From an uncultured delta proteobacterium (GTDB lineage Bacteria; Myxococcota_A; Polyangia; Polyangiales; JAFGIB01), in contig CAVZVA010000003.1 in assembly GCA_963778655.1 (NCBI GenBank), positions 576,001 to 640,000 of the forward strand: a DNA stretch of 64,000 nt. Direction: 5' to 3'. Each line of letters opens with the position of its first letter. The first letter of the stretch is position 1. The notes beneath the pieces are model-generated. The model worked only from the letters and a program-made list of their open reading frames with translations. It had not been told where the DNA came from and made no database searches. A program made the translations under genes and the position numbers. Below, piece by piece: positions 28,437-39,430 of the stretch.

Positions 28437-28480
28437 TTTATACCCGGGTAAATTCCAGCCGTCAATATTACCCGGGTGAT
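28437..28480 (-). promoter_or_regulatory. Sigma70-like promoter overlapped by two palindromic operators, upstream of DUF2239
   Basis: Minus strand TTGACG (28465-28460), N17, TATAAA (28442-28437). Palindromes TACCCGGGTA (28441-28450) and ATTACCCGGGTGAT (28467-28480). Confidence 0.75.
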
Positions 28481-28517
28481 TCTTTTGCCGACGACGCGCG
28501 CCGCACGGAGCGGCCCG

Positions 28518-30212
28518 CTACAGCGCCACGCGCAGCACGTTGCCCGAGGGGTCCTTGGCCGGCGCGGCCATGCCGCCGAACGTGCCCTGCTGGAAGCGGT
28601 CGTACTCGGCGAGCACGGCCTTGCGCTTGTCGGAGTCTTCGGGCAACTCGACGATCAGCTCGCCTCCGATCTGCACCACGCCCGAGCGCATGATGTGGCC
28701 GACTCGCACCTGTCGCGCGCCGGCCCGCAGCAAGCGCCGTACGAGATCCTGCACCCGGTCCTTGTCGCCGTTGGTGAACTGGTGCAAGTCGGACTCCATC
28801 CACTCCGAAGCAACCGGACCGGCCCAGTCGGCCGCGGCCGCGACGCCCGACGGCGAGCCGCCCGACGCCGGCGGCGTCTCCCAGCGGGCGAGCGCCTTCT
28901 GCACCTCCCTGTCGAACATCCGGCAATGGCGGACCGTGGTCAGAATGATGAAGAACGCGATGCCCATGCCCAGGCGCAGCGACCAGCGCAGCCACGCGGA
29001 CGGATCGCCTGCGGGCAGCTCGCGACCGACCACCACGCCGCCCGCGGTGGGCGCTCGCACGTTCGCGGGCAAAGCGCGCGCGCGCGCGGAGGGTTGGGCG
29101 CGCGCGCGCGGCGGCGGCGCCGAGGTCTGGGGCGCCGCCTCGGACGGGCGGAGCGCGGGCTGCTCGAGCGCCTCGGGTTGCAGCGCGCGCGGCCCTTCGA
29201 CCAGCCAATCCGGCCGCCCGTCCAGCTGAAGCCCCGGCACCGCCGAGGCGGGCGGCAGCTCGCCGTCGTCGCCAGCGAGCACCACGGCGTTGGGCTCGAG
29301 CGCACGCCGGGGCTGGGGCGGCGCCGGTTGCGGCTCGATCGCGTCGGCCCAGGCGGCCGCGCGCCGCGGCGCAGCAGACGGCGCCGGCTGCGCGCGCGCG
29401 CTGGGCGCTGCGGCTGGCCGCCGTGCGCTGCGCGGCGCCGCGGCGGGCTCTAGCGCGGGCACCGCACCCCAGCCCACGGCCTGCTCGTGCGCGAGGCGCT
29501 CGAGCGGAAGATCGCGCGCGGCCCGCGCGTGCGCGGCGGGCGCTCGCGCGTGGACCGGGGCGGCCCGCGGCGCAGCTCCGACCGGCGGCACGCCCACGTG
29601 GACCGCCTCGGGCAAGGTCGCGGCGGAAGGCCGCGGCTGCGCGGGCAGCGCGGGTGCGGGCACGGCGGGCGGCGCATGCTCGAAGCTGGAAGGCGGCTGC
29701 GCAGCGCTCTGCTGCACGCCGGCGAGCCCTCCGGCGGGCGTCGGATCGACCACGGTGTCGCCGGTGTCTGCGCGATCGCCGGCGGCGGGTGCCCCGACGC
29801 GCTCGCGCGCGGAGGCCGGAGCACCAGGCGCGTGGCCGAGCACGGTGCCCGCGCGCGGCGAGCGCGCGCCGATCGCGGCCTCCGCCAACTTGGGCGGCGG
29901 CAGCGTCAGCGTGCTGCCGTGTTGCTGCGCAACCCGATCGAGCTCGTCCGGCTCCGCGCCCCGTACCGCGATGATCTGCTGCGGGCGGATCGGGCTGAGG
30001 CGCAGCTCGAAGTCCGCGCCAAGCTCGCCGAGCGCGCGCTCGTAGCGCCTGACGTGGCCGGCGGGGACGTGGCGCTTGACCACGCGCGGCAGCGAGTCCA
30101 CCAGCTCGCGCGCGCGCCGTGTGTCGAGCCCGAACACGCGGTGCAGGCCGAGCTCCGGGGGCTCGGGTCCGCCCGACGCAAAACCCCGAATGTAGATGTC
30201 GTATTCCTCCAC
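28518..30212 (-). CDS. Hypothetical membrane protein with long Pro/Ala-rich linker
   Basis: Small folded N-terminal domain (VFGLD...LVDSLPRVVKR), low-complexity middle, one TM helix, C-terminal domain. Confidence 0.6.
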   Translation of the reverse strand: MEEYDIYIRGFASGGPEPPELGLHRVFGLDTRRARELVDSLPRVVKRHVPAGHVRRYERALGELGADFELRLSPIRPQQIIAVRGAEPDELDRVAQQHGSTLTLPPPKLAEAAIGARSPRAGTVLGHAPGAPASARERVGAPAAGDRADTGDTVVDPTPAGGLAGVQQSAAQPPSSFEHAPPAVPAPALPAQPRPSAATLPEAVHVGVPPVGAAPRAAPVHARAPAAHARAARDLPLERLAHEQAVGWGAVPALEPAAAPRSARRPAAAPSARAQPAPSAAPRRAAAWADAIEPQPAPPQPRRALEPNAVVLAGDDGELPPASAVPGLQLDGRPDWLVEGPRALQPEALEQPALRPSEAAPQTSAPPPRARAQPSARARALPANVRAPTAGGVVVGRELPAGDPSAWLRWSLRLGMGIAFFIILTTVRHCRMFDREVQKALARWETPPASGGSPSGVAAAADWAGPVASEWMESDLHQFTNGDKDRVQDLVRRLLRAGARQVRVGHIMRSGVVQIGGELIVELPEDSDKRKAVLAEYDRFQQGTFGGMAAPAKDPSGNVLRVAL

Positions 30213-30302
30213 CCGCGCCCCCGCGGCCGCACCACGATCATAACCAAAGCGCGACGCACGGGCGCCGTAGTCATGCCGCCTACCTGTAGGCGCTCCCGAT
30301 CG

Positions 30303-31727
30303 TCATCCAAACACCCGCACCTGGACCGCGGTCACGTTTTCGTGGCCGGCGGCCACATCGGAGATCACCACCACCTTGTCGCCCGGTAGCACGCGGTTGC
30401 GCTGGCGCAGGCGATCGAACGCGGCGACGATGGTTTTTTCGGGATCGCTCGAGAAGTCCATCTTGAAGGGCACCACCGAGCGCGACAGCCACAGCTTGCG
30501 CCGCGTCGTGCTCATGTTGGTGAACGCGTAGATGATCGCGTGATCGGGGCGAAAGCTCGACACCAGCTGGCCGAGCAGGCCGCGCCGCGTCATCACCACG
30601 ATCGCCGGCGCGCCGACCGAATCGGCGAGACGGCAGGCCGCGCGCGCGAGCTCCTCGCGCACGTCGGCCGGGCGGCGCTCGCCCTCGAAGCTCATGCCCT
30701 GTTCCTTCTCCATGCGGCGCGCGATGCGGTCGAGCACCTCCACGCAACGCACCGGGTATTTGCCGGTCGCGGTCTCGCCGCTGAGCATCAGGGCGTCGGC
30801 CTGCTCGTAGACCACGTTGGCAACGTCGGAAACCTCGGCTCGCGTCGGCATCGGGTTGACGATCATCGACTCGAGCAGGTGCGTCGCCACGATCACCGGC
30901 TTGCCCGCAATCGTACACTTGCGCACGATCTGGCGCTGAATCGCCGGCAGCTCCGCCAGCTCGACCTCGACGCCGAGGTCCCCGCGCGCGACCATGATGC
31001 CGTCCGACGCCTCCAGAATGGCGTCGAAGTTGTCCACGCCCTCCTGGTTCTCGATCTTGGCGATCAGCTTCGCGTGATGCCCGCCAGCTTCCTCGATCAG
31101 CTGGCGCGCCTGGCCGACGGTCTCGGCGTCGCGCACGAACGAAAGGGCGATGAAGTCGACGTCATATTCGATTCCAAACAGGATGTCGCGCCGGTCCTTG
31201 TCGGTGACGTCAGGCAGATTGACGCGCACGCCCGGAAGGTTGATGTGCTTGCGCGAGCCGAGCGTGCCACCGTCGAGCACGCGGCAACGCAACGCCTTCT
31301 GTTGGATTTCGAGCACCTCGAGGTTGATCAGCCCGTTGTCCACGGTGATGCGCTCGCCGACCTTGAGCTGCTCCACCATGTCGCGATAGTCGACGTGGAT
31401 GCTCTTCTCCTCGGTGTTCTCCTGCGGGATCACCGTGACCCAGAACTCCTCGCCGACCTTGAGCTGCAGGCTGCCCTGCATCACCCCGGTGCGGATCTCC
31501 GGCCCCTGCAGGTCGAGCATCAACGCGATCGGGTGATTGAGCTGGCGGTTGAGGCTGCGGATGCGCCGAATGCCGAGCAGGTGGCTCTCGTGGTCGCCGT
31601 GCGACATATTCAGGCGCGCCACGTTCATGCCGGCCTTGGCCAGCTTTTCGATCATCTCGCTCGAGCTGCTCGCCGGTCCGAGGGTGCAGATGATCTTGGT
31701 GTGCCGGAAGTCGCGCCGCTGGGTCAT
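30303..31727 (-). CDS. pyk: Pyruvate kinase
   Basis: [43 protein letters not shown] and MLSGETA motifs. Confidence 0.97.
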   Translation of the reverse strand: MTQRRDFRHTKIICTLGPASSSSEMIEKLAKAGMNVARLNMSHGDHESHLLGIRRIRSLNRQLNHPIALMLDLQGPEIRTGVMQGSLQLKVGEEFWVTVIPQENTEEKSIHVDYRDMVEQLKVGERITVDNGLINLEVLEIQQKALRCRVLDGGTLGSRKHINLPGVRVNLPDVTDKDRRDILFGIEYDVDFIALSFVRDAETVGQARQLIEEAGGHHAKLIAKIENQEGVDNFDAILEASDGIMVARGDLGVEVELAELPAIQRQIVRKCTIAGKPVIVATHLLESMIVNPMPTRAEVSDVANVVYEQADALMLSGETATGKYPVRCVEVLDRIARRMEKEQGMSFEGERRPADVREELARAACRLADSVGAPAIVVMTRRGLLGQLVSSFRPDHAIIYAFTNMSTTRRKLWLSRSVVPFKMDFSSDPEKTIVAAFDRLRQRNRVLPGDKVVVISDVAAGHENVTAVQVRVFG

Positions 31728-32004
31728 GGTGCAGGGCGGAAGCCGCAGGGGGTGATGGCAGCATAGCGCCGATCGCCGCGCCGGCGCAGCACGGCAGGCC
31801 GCCCGCGGGCGATTTCTCGCCGCGCAGCGCGCGAGCACCCGGCCTGCGCTGCCCACCCGCAAGTTGCCGGCCCGTGCTGCACGTGCTAGCAGTGCGCACC
31901 GCGCCCGCTGGGATCGCGCCCGAAACACGGGCGACCCGAGGCCGGTGAACGAAGCACAGTCACCGATGTCGCTCTCCGTGGAAACTCCCTCGCCTCGCAA
32001 CGCC

Positions 32005-33825
32005 ATGCCCGCGACCAGCGCGCTGCGCAACGTCGCCATTATCGCTCACGTGGACCACGGCAAGACGACGCTGGTCGACGCGATGCTGCGCCAGACGGGC
32101 GCCTTCAAGGCCCACGAAGCCGTGGTCGAGCGGGTCATGGACAGCAACGACCTCGAGCGCGAGCGCGGCATCACGATCCTGGCGAAGAACACCTCGGTGC
32201 TCTACCAGGGCACGCGCATCAACATCATCGACACCCCGGGTCACGCGGACTTCGGCGGGGAGGTGGAACGCACGCTGCAGATGGCCGACGGAGCGCTGCT
32301 GCTGGTGGACGCGGCCGAGGGCCCGCTGCCACAGACCCGCTTCGTGCTCAAGCACGCGCTCGAGCTCGGCCTGCGCGTGATCGTGGTGATCAACAAGATC
32401 GACCGCAAGGACGCGCGGCCGAGCGAGGTGCTGGACCACACCTTCGACCTGTTCTGCGACCTCGGCGCGAGCGACCAGCAGGCGGACTTCCCGGTGCTCT
32501 ACACCATCGCCACGCGCGGCATCGCGCAGCGTGGACCCAACGACGAGAGCGCGGACCTCACGCCGCTGTTCGAGACCATTCTCGAGTCGGTCCCGGCGCC
32601 CGCGGGAGATCCGGACAAGCCGCTGCAGATGCTGGTCACCAACATCGACTGGGACGACTACGTCGGCCGCCTGGCGGTCGGGCGCATCCTGCACGGACGC
32701 ATCGCCGCGGGCCAGGCGATCACACGCATCCACGCCAGCGGACAGACGGCGGCCAAGGTGGTGCAGCTCTACGGCTTCGCCGGGCTCGGTCGCCAGCGCA
32801 CCGAGGCCGCAGCCGCCGGCGACGTGGTCGCTCTGGCCGGCATGGACGAGGTGGCGATCGGCGACACTATCGCCGACCCCGAGCATCCGGTGGCGCTGCC
32901 GCGCATCGAGGTCGAGCCGCCCACGATCCAGGTGCGCTTCCAGGTCAACTCCTCGCCGCTGGCGGGCAGGAGCGGCAAGTTCGTCACCTCGCGCCATCTG
33001 CGCGACCGCCTGCTGCGCGAGACCAAGAAGAACCTCGCGCTACGCGTCGAGGAGACCGACGAGCCCGACGTGTTCGTGGTCTACGGGCGCGGCGAGCTGA
33101 TGATCGGCGTGCTGGTCGAGACGATGCGGCGTGAGGGCTACGAGCTGGCGCTCGGCAACCCCGAGGTGGTGGTGCGCGAGGAAGGCGGCCAGAAGCTCGA
33201 GCCGACCGAACGCATCGTGGTCGACGTGCCCGACGAGCATGTCGGCGTGGTGACCGCCGCGCTCGGCGAGCGCCGTGCACGCATGGACAAGCTGTACGCC
33301 TCGAGCGCCGGCCGCACGCGGCTCGAGTTCGTCGGCCCGGCGCGCGCGCTGCTCGGCTACCGCTCGCAGTTTCTGACCGACACCCGCGGCGCCGGGCTGC
33401 TCAACACCCTGTTCGAGGGCTGGCAGCCGTACTCGGGGCCGATGCTGCGGCGCAAGAACGGCGCCATGGTTTCGGACCGCGGCGGCGCCGTCACGCCGTA
33501 CGCGCTGTTTCACCTCGAGCCGCGCGGGCGCCTGTTCGTCGGTCCGCAAGCGGTGGTGTACGAGGGCATGGTGGTCGGCGAGCACAACCGCGAGAGCGAT
33601 CTCGACGTCAACGTGTGCCGCGAGAAGAAGCTCACGAACGTGCGCTCGAAGAACCGCGACGACAACGTGCTGCTGACGCCACCGCGCGTGCACACCATCG
33701 AGTCGGCGCTCGAGTTCATCGACCGCGACGAGCTGGTCGAGATCACGCCCGACGCGATTCGCATCCGCAAGAAGGTGCTGGCCTGCAACCTGCGCCCCAA
33801 ACGCAGCGATGAGCGCGCCGGCTGA
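32005..33825 (+). CDS. typA: Translational GTPase TypA/BipA
   Basis: [42 protein letters not shown] and ELVEITP motifs. Confidence 0.97.
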   Translation: MPATSALRNVAIIAHVDHGKTTLVDAMLRQTGAFKAHEAVVERVMDSNDLERERGITILAKNTSVLYQGTRINIIDTPGHADFGGEVERTLQMADGALLLVDAAEGPLPQTRFVLKHALELGLRVIVVINKIDRKDARPSEVLDHTFDLFCDLGASDQQADFPVLYTIATRGIAQRGPNDESADLTPLFETILESVPAPAGDPDKPLQMLVTNIDWDDYVGRLAVGRILHGRIAAGQAITRIHASGQTAAKVVQLYGFAGLGRQRTEAAAAGDVVALAGMDEVAIGDTIADPEHPVALPRIEVEPPTIQVRFQVNSSPLAGRSGKFVTSRHLRDRLLRETKKNLALRVEETDEPDVFVVYGRGELMIGVLVETMRREGYELALGNPEVVVREEGGQKLEPTERIVVDVPDEHVGVVTAALGERRARMDKLYASSAGRTRLEFVGPARALLGYRSQFLTDTRGAGLLNTLFEGWQPYSGPMLRRKNGAMVSDRGGAVTPYALFHLEPRGRLFVGPQAVVYEGMVVGEHNRESDLDVNVCREKKLTNVRSKNRDDNVLLTPPRVHTIESALEFIDRDELVEITPDAIRIRKKVLACNLRPKRSDERAG

Positions 33826-33831
33826 GCGAGC

Positions 33832-34476
33832 TCATTGACGGACCTGCTCTAGCGTCGCAATTTCGCGCTTGAGCTGCTCGACCAGCTGCGATTGCTTGAG
33901 CACCGCGTCCTTCTCCTCGCTCAGCTTGGCGAAGGTCTCGCGCATGCAAGGCTTGGCCTGGTGCTTGATCTTGACGATCATCTTGTTGGTGTAGCTCATC
34001 GAAAACATCACCAGCCCGGAAAGCGCGAGCCCTGGAATCGCCATGCCGAGCACGCGCGCCCAAGTCGGCGCGCCGAAGCGCCGCATCGCTGCCGGCGAGA
34101 ACAGCAGCAGCATCAGCAGGCCGCCGCCGCACAGCACCAGCGGCGCGAAGTCGTCCCATAGCCTGCGCAGAAACTCCTCGTCGGCCGCGGCGCGCAGCTT
34201 CTTGCAGTAGGGCGAGCCGTGCAGCGCGGCGTACTGCTCGGCGATGCGCCGGTGCAGCTCGTTGCCAGTCTCGGTGTTGAGCTCGACGTGACGCAGGTCA
34301 ACCGGCGCCGTCGCGCGCTGGTCGAGCGGCACCTGCTCGGCGATATTGGTGTAGACCACCCGCCCCTGGGCGTTCTTGTAGCGGTAGATGCCCTGGCCGA
34401 CGCCGGCTCCCTGCGCATGCGCAAGGCCGCAGCCGAACGCGAGTCCGAACAGGATCGGAACGAGCCTTCTCTGCAT
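33832..34476 (-). CDS. DUF4124-like domain membrane protein
   Basis: Signal peptide, IYRYKNAQGRVVYTN, two TM helices. Confidence 0.6.
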   Translation of the reverse strand: MQRRLVPILFGLAFGCGLAHAQGAGVGQGIYRYKNAQGRVVYTNIAEQVPLDQRATAPVDLRHVELNTETGNELHRRIAEQYAALHGSPYCKKLRAAADEEFLRRLWDDFAPLVLCGGGLLMLLLFSPAAMRRFGAPTWARVLGMAIPGLALSGLVMFSMSYTNKMIVKIKHQAKPCMRETFAKLSEEKDAVLKQSQLVEQLKREIATLEQVRQ

Positions 34477-34580
34477 GCCCCCGGCCGAGCATAGCATTGG
34501 AGCGCGCTCTTCGGGACGGGCTTGCGCGACCAGGAGCGCCGCGCCAGCTTGTCAGCGGCCGGGCGGGAGGAGCCCCAGTG

Positions 34581-35282
34581 ATGAGCGACCACGAGGCGTT
34601 GCGCGCAGAGGCGCTGCGCATCCACGACCGCTACGTGCGCGAGGTGGTCGAGGCCTTCGGTTTCTGCCCGTGGGCCGCGCCGGCCCGCGCGCGGGGCCGA
34701 GTGCAGAGCCGCGTGCTGTTCGGCGAGCTGCCCGAGCTCGAGCCCACGCTGCAGGCGATCGAAGGGCTCGAGTGTGATGAAAGCGCCGACATCGGCCTAC
34801 TCATCTATCCCGAAGCACGCCTCGACCGCGTCGCGTTTCAGCATTTCGCAGCTGGCGTGCGCGCGCGCCTGGGGTCGCCGGCGCGCGCGCGTTCGAGCGC
34901 GTTCGCGGTCGCCGACTTTCACCCGGATGCGGCCGCCGACACCAGCTCGCCGGCCCGGCTCGTGCCTTTCATCCGGCGCAGCCCCGACCCGAGCTTGCAG
35001 CTCGTACGGCACGCCGCGCTCGAGGCCGTGCGGCACGGCGAGGCGCAGGGCACGCGCTTTCTCGATGCGGAGGAGCTCGCAGGGATCCCGCTTGGGTCGC
35101 TCGAACAGGCGGCTGTCCCGCTGCACGAGCGAGTCGCGCGCGCCAATGTCTCAACGGTGTTGCAGCTCGGCGTCGAGCAGGTGGCGGCCGTGATCGACGC
35201 GATCGCGCGTGACCGCGACCTCAGTTACGCCCGACTGGGCCTGGCGCCGCGGCAGCGGCCGGGCGGCGCGGTCCGTGGCTGA
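34581..35282 (+). CDS. Hypothetical protein (DUF1415-like)
   Basis: VVEAFGFCPWA, ADFHP and IRRSPDPSLQLVR motifs; GGAGG RBS. Confidence 0.6.
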   Translation: MSDHEALRAEALRIHDRYVREVVEAFGFCPWAAPARARGRVQSRVLFGELPELEPTLQAIEGLECDESADIGLLIYPEARLDRVAFQHFAAGVRARLGSPARARSSAFAVADFHPDAAADTSSPARLVPFIRRSPDPSLQLVRHAALEAVRHGEAQGTRFLDAEELAGIPLGSLEQAAVPLHERVARANVSTVLQLGVEQVAAVIDAIARDRDLSYARLGLAPRQRPGGAVRG

Positions 35283-35458
35283 AAATCTTGAGCGCCCGTC
35301 ACTTGGCCAACGCCTTCTTGCACTTGACGGCAACAGGAGTAAGGAGGGCGGCGCGGGTGCGGCCCGGCCGGCCCGCGGGGGAGCCCGTCGTCCTGCGGTT
35401 GACCTAACCGTCGAACGCCGGTCCACGCTACAATCGGAAGCGAGTACAATCCGTCCGT

Positions 35459-37408
35459 ATGGCCGAAAATCGACATAGCGAGGGCGAGGGCGATCCGGTC
35501 ACGCTCGTGCACATGCCCCGGGCCGAGGGGGCGTCGGGCAGCCGAGCGTTGTACGGCGAGGCAGGGACCGCGGCGGCGGCGCGCAATCCGCCGGTGCAAC
35601 CCGAGGCCGACCTGCTCACCAAGAATGGGCTGCCACCCGAGGCCGTACACGAGCGCGACCGTTATCTCGAGCGCTCAGTCTTGGGCGAAGGCGGCATGGG
35701 GCGCATTCACCTGTGCCACGACACGCGCGTCGGCCGCGACGTCGCGATGAAGGTGTTGCGCCAGCGCTACGCCAAGCACCCGGACACGGTGGCGCGCTTC
35801 GTGCGCGAGGCGCGCATCCAGGGCCAGCTCGAGCACCCCTCGATCGTGCCGGTCTACGATCTGTCGCGCACGCTCGATGGACGCATCAGCTTCACGATGA
35901 AGCGCGTCCACGGCAAGACGATCGAGCAGATCATCGACGGCCTGAATGCCAAGGACAAGTACTTCATCGAGAACTACCCGCGCCGCAAGCTGCTGCGCGC
36001 GTTCTCCGCGGCCTGCCTAGCGGTGGACTTCGCGCACTCGCGCAGCGTGCTGCACCGCGACCTGAAGCCGAGCAACATCATGCTCGGCGACTTCGGCGAG
36101 GTCTACGTGCTGGACTGGGGTCTATCCAAGGTAGCGGGCCTGCCCGATCTGCTGGGCGAGCGGCCGGTCGCGCTGCCGCGCGACGGCAGCACCGACACCC
36201 TCGACGGCGCGGTGCTGGGGACCCCGGGCTACATGTCACCGGAGCAAGCGCGCGGCGAGACCGCGGGCATGGACGCGCGCGCCGACGTGTACTCGCTCGG
36301 CGCGATTCTCTACGAGACGCTGGCGCTGCAACCGCTGCACGCGCGGGGCAGCGTTTCGGGCATGATGACCTCGACGGTGGCGGGCGCCGACGGCCGGCCC
36401 TCGTTCCGCGCACCCCAGCGCAGCATCCCCTCGGAGCTCGACGCGATCTGCGTCAAGGCCACGCAGCTCAACAGGGAGCACCGCTTCGCCTCGGTGCGCG
36501 AGCTGCACGACGCGATCGAGCGCTATCTCGACGGCGAGCAGGATCTCAAGCTGATGCGCGAGATGGCGCAGGCCCACGCGCGCGCCGCCGAGGTGGCGGC
36601 CGAGTACGCGCTGGCGGGCGGCCCCAACGCCAAGGAAGAGCGGGTGCGCGCGCTGCGCGAGGTGGGGCGAGCCCTGGCGCTCGACCCCTCGCACACCGAG
36701 GCGCAGCGCGTGCTGCTGCGGTTGCTGGCCACGCCGCCGGGCGAGCTGCCCGAGGAAGAGCGGGTCGAGGTGGCACACGAGGAAGAGGACTCGGGCCGCT
36801 ACACCGCGAACATGAGCGGCTGGTACCACCTCTCGTTCGTGATCACGACCGGGCTGGTGCTGGCGATGGGGGTCAAGAGCTGGATCGCGCTGGGGCTGTA
36901 CGCGGCCGTCAGCGCAGTGACTAGCGCCACGGCCTTCATCAGCGCGCGCGGCCTGGTCTCGCCCAGCTACCGGCTGTTCGCGAACGTGATCAGCGGCACG
37001 CTGGCGATCGGCTTCATGAGCACGATGTTCGGGCCGCTGTTCTTGATCCCGGGGCTGGCGGCGATGAGCACGATGGCGGCGAGCTTCAACACACCAACGC
37101 GCGGGGCGCGCGCGCTGGTGATCAGCATCGGGGTGCTGGCGGTGGTGGTGCCGCTGGCGCTGGAAGCGGTGGGGCTGCTTCCGCCGTCGTACGAGTTCCG
37201 CGACGGCTACATGCTGGTGCTGCCGCGGATGCACTACTTCTCGCCCGGGGCGACGATGCTGTTCCTGTGCTACGTGGGGCTGGGGCACATCGTGAGCATC
37301 TCGGTGTTGATGGGACGACTGAACGAGGCGCGCCTGGCCGCGATCGAAAAGGCGCACAAGCAGACCTGGCAGCTCAAGCAGCTCGTGAGCGACGACGCGC
37401 AGCGGTAG
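35459..37408 (+). CDS. Hanks-type Ser/Thr protein kinase with C-terminal multi-TM domain
   Basis: LGEGGMG, VAMK, HRDLKPSN, DWG, GTPGYMSPEQ and DVYSLG motifs; about 6 hydrophobic segments at the C-terminus. Confidence 0.93.
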   Translation: MAENRHSEGEGDPVTLVHMPRAEGASGSRALYGEAGTAAAARNPPVQPEADLLTKNGLPPEAVHERDRYLERSVLGEGGMGRIHLCHDTRVGRDVAMKVLRQRYAKHPDTVARFVREARIQGQLEHPSIVPVYDLSRTLDGRISFTMKRVHGKTIEQIIDGLNAKDKYFIENYPRRKLLRAFSAACLAVDFAHSRSVLHRDLKPSNIMLGDFGEVYVLDWGLSKVAGLPDLLGERPVALPRDGSTDTLDGAVLGTPGYMSPEQARGETAGMDARADVYSLGAILYETLALQPLHARGSVSGMMTSTVAGADGRPSFRAPQRSIPSELDAICVKATQLNREHRFASVRELHDAIERYLDGEQDLKLMREMAQAHARAAEVAAEYALAGGPNAKEERVRALREVGRALALDPSHTEAQRVLLRLLATPPGELPEEERVEVAHEEEDSGRYTANMSGWYHLSFVITTGLVLAMGVKSWIALGLYAAVSAVTSATAFISARGLVSPSYRLFANVISGTLAIGFMSTMFGPLFLIPGLAAMSTMAASFNTPTRGARALVISIGVLAVVVPLALEAVGLLPPSYEFRDGYMLVLPRMHYFSPGATMLFLCYVGLGHIVSISVLMGRLNEARLAAIEKAHKQTWQLKQLVSDDAQR

Positions 37409-37413
37409 TTGCA

Positions 37414-37495
37414 ACCGGGAGGGGCACGCGCCCCTCCCGCCCCACCGGCAAAGCCGTTGGGGCCCCACCCTCGCGCGAGGTTCGCTGCGCTCACA
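37414..37495. repeat. ~80-bp double-hairpin repeat, REP-like family 2 (copy 1)
   Basis: CGGGAGGGGCACGCGCCCCTCCCG plus a second hairpin; homologous to 37713-37795. Confidence 0.6.
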
Positions 37496-37712
37496 CATAC
37501 TCGCGAGCACGGTCTCGTGCGCGGCCCGAGGTTGTGCCAGTCGCTGCGCGCGCAGACTGCGGCCGTTGCGCTGGCGGACACGCCATCGACCAGACGGCGG
37601 CCAAGGGCGCGGCGGAGGGCGGAGCGGGCGGACGAGGTTTGGCTCTCGGGCCGGGTTCTGCTAGACCGGGTCCGCGGGGTCGGGTAAACACCTCTGTATA
37701 CCCTGCCTCGTG

Positions 37713-37795
37713 ACCGAGAGGGTCACGCGACCCTCCCGCCCCGCCAGCCAAGCTGTCGGGGGCCCACCCTTCCACGGGGTCGCTTCGCTCCACTT
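37713..37795. repeat. ~80-bp double-hairpin repeat, REP-like family 2 (copy 2)
   Basis: CGAGAGGGTCACGCGACCCTCCCG plus a second hairpin and CGCTTCGCTCC. Confidence 0.6.
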
Positions 37796-37859
37796 TCGCA
37801 ACTTGTCGCATTCGTACTGGTCAGCCGGCCTACCGGCCTTCTACTAACGGAGATCATTC

Positions 37860-39086
37860 ATGGCAGACGCAGTCATCGTTTCCACGGCGCGCACGGGCAT
37901 CGGCAAGGCCTTTCGCGGATCGCTCAACCTGAGCCACGGCACGGCGCTGGCCGGCCACGCGATCAAGCATGCGGTCGAGCGCGCGAAGATCGACCCCAAG
38001 GAGGTCGAAGATTGCATCCTCGGCTGCGGTCTGCCCGAAGGCGCGACCGGCCACAACGTGGCGCGCAACGCGGCGGTGCGCGGCGGCCTGCCGGTGACGA
38101 CCGCAGGCACCACCGTGAATCGCTTCTGCTCTTCGGGGCTGCAGGCGATCAGCATGGCGGCGCAGCGCGTGATCGTGGACAAGGTGCCGTTCATGGTGGC
38201 CGGCGGGGTGGAGTCGATCAGCCTGGTGCAGGGCAACCTGAACCTGCACCACTTCGCGGGCACCAGCGTCCCCGACCCCAACAACCCGATGACGCCGGAG
38301 TACCAGGACGACTGGCTGATGAAGAACAAGCCCGAGCTGTTCATGCCGATGATCGCGACCGCGGACGTGGTGGCGAAGCGCTACAAAGTGAGCCGCGAGG
38401 CACAGGACGAGTACGCGCTGCAGAGCCAGCAGCGCACCGCCAAGGCGCAGGCCGAGGGCAAGCTGAACGACGAGATCGTGCCGTTCAAGACCACGATGCA
38501 GCTGGTGGACAAGGCGACGGGCGCGCGCAGCTACAAAGAGATCACGCTGCAGAAGGACGAGGGCAACCGGCCCGAGACGAATCTGCAGGGGCTTTCGGGG
38601 CTGAAGCCGGTCAACAACACCGAGACGATCACGGCGGGCAACGCGAGCCAGCTCTCCGACGGCGCCTCGGCCTGCGTGGTGGCGGACAGCAAGCTGGCAG
38701 AGAAGCGCAACCTGCCGGTGCTGGGCATCTACCGCGGGCTGGCGATCTCGGGGCTCGAGCCGGACGAGATGGGCATCGGGCCGCTGTACGCAATCCCGCG
38801 CTTGCTGGAGCGTACCGGGCTGAAGGTCTCGGACATCGACCTGTGGGAGCTGAACGAGGCGTTCGCGGTGCAGGTGGTGTACTGCCGCGACAAGCTGGGC
38901 CTCCCCAACGACAAGCTGAACGTGAACGGCGGCGCGATCTCGATCGGCCACCCGTACGGGATGAGCGGCGCGCGCATGGTGGGCCACGCGCTGATCGAGG
39001 GCAAGCGCCGCAAGGCCAAGTACGTGGTGGTCACGATGTGCGTCGGCGGCGGCATGGGCGCCGCAGGCCTGTTCGAAGTGGCGTGA
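37860..39086 (+). CDS. Acetyl-CoA C-acyltransferase (thiolase)
   Basis: [32 protein letters not shown] and MCVGGGMG motifs. Confidence 0.95.
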   Translation: MADAVIVSTARTGIGKAFRGSLNLSHGTALAGHAIKHAVERAKIDPKEVEDCILGCGLPEGATGHNVARNAAVRGGLPVTTAGTTVNRFCSSGLQAISMAAQRVIVDKVPFMVAGGVESISLVQGNLNLHHFAGTSVPDPNNPMTPEYQDDWLMKNKPELFMPMIATADVVAKRYKVSREAQDEYALQSQQRTAKAQAEGKLNDEIVPFKTTMQLVDKATGARSYKEITLQKDEGNRPETNLQGLSGLKPVNNTETITAGNASQLSDGASACVVADSKLAEKRNLPVLGIYRGLAISGLEPDEMGIGPLYAIPRLLERTGLKVSDIDLWELNEAFAVQVVYCRDKLGLPNDKLNVNGGAISIGHPYGMSGARMVGHALIEGKRRKAKYVVVTMCVGGGMGAAGLFEVA

Positions 39087-39102
39087 GACGAGAGCCGTGA
39101 GT

Positions 39103-39140
39103 GAGAGGCCGCGCGTGGCCAAGCCACGTCGCGGCCTCTT
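39103..39140 (+). terminator. Hairpin after the thiolase gene
   Basis: AGAGGCCGCG CGTGGC-CAA-GCCACG T CGCGGCCTCT; weak U-tract. Confidence 0.4.
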
Positions 39141-39165
39141 CGGGTTGTGTGCATCGCTCGCCGAC

Positions 39166-39381
39166 GATCGTGCTAGGCGGCCGGGAGGGGCCGGGGAGCC
39201 GGGGTTCGGGACGGGCGGCTTGCACTTGCGTCGGTTGCGGTGAAACGGGTGAGCCTTTCCCGCGACGCGCAAGCCGCCCTCGGACGCGCGTGCCAGGCGG
39301 AGCCTTGCCTGCATGCGCCTGTCACGCGCGTACGCCCTCACCCCGACTCCCCGGCCCCTCCCGGCCTTGCGTCGTGCCGAG
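39166..39381 (-). repeat. ~215-bp structured repeat element, copy A (inverted relative to B and C)
   Basis: Reverse complement aligns with B/C; 27-bp near-perfect terminal stem; internal stems show compensatory changes. Confidence 0.85.
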
Positions 39382-39430
39382 GCTGCGTCCCCTACGCCCT
39401 CGGCAGGTGGTGCGTCTGGGTGCCCGGATG

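Noticed and set aside
39166..39381. tRNA, SRP, RNase P or tmRNA identity for the structured element
   Set aside because: No T-loop/CCA or other hallmark motifs were recognised, and three local copies in mixed orientation are atypical. An Rfam search is still needed.
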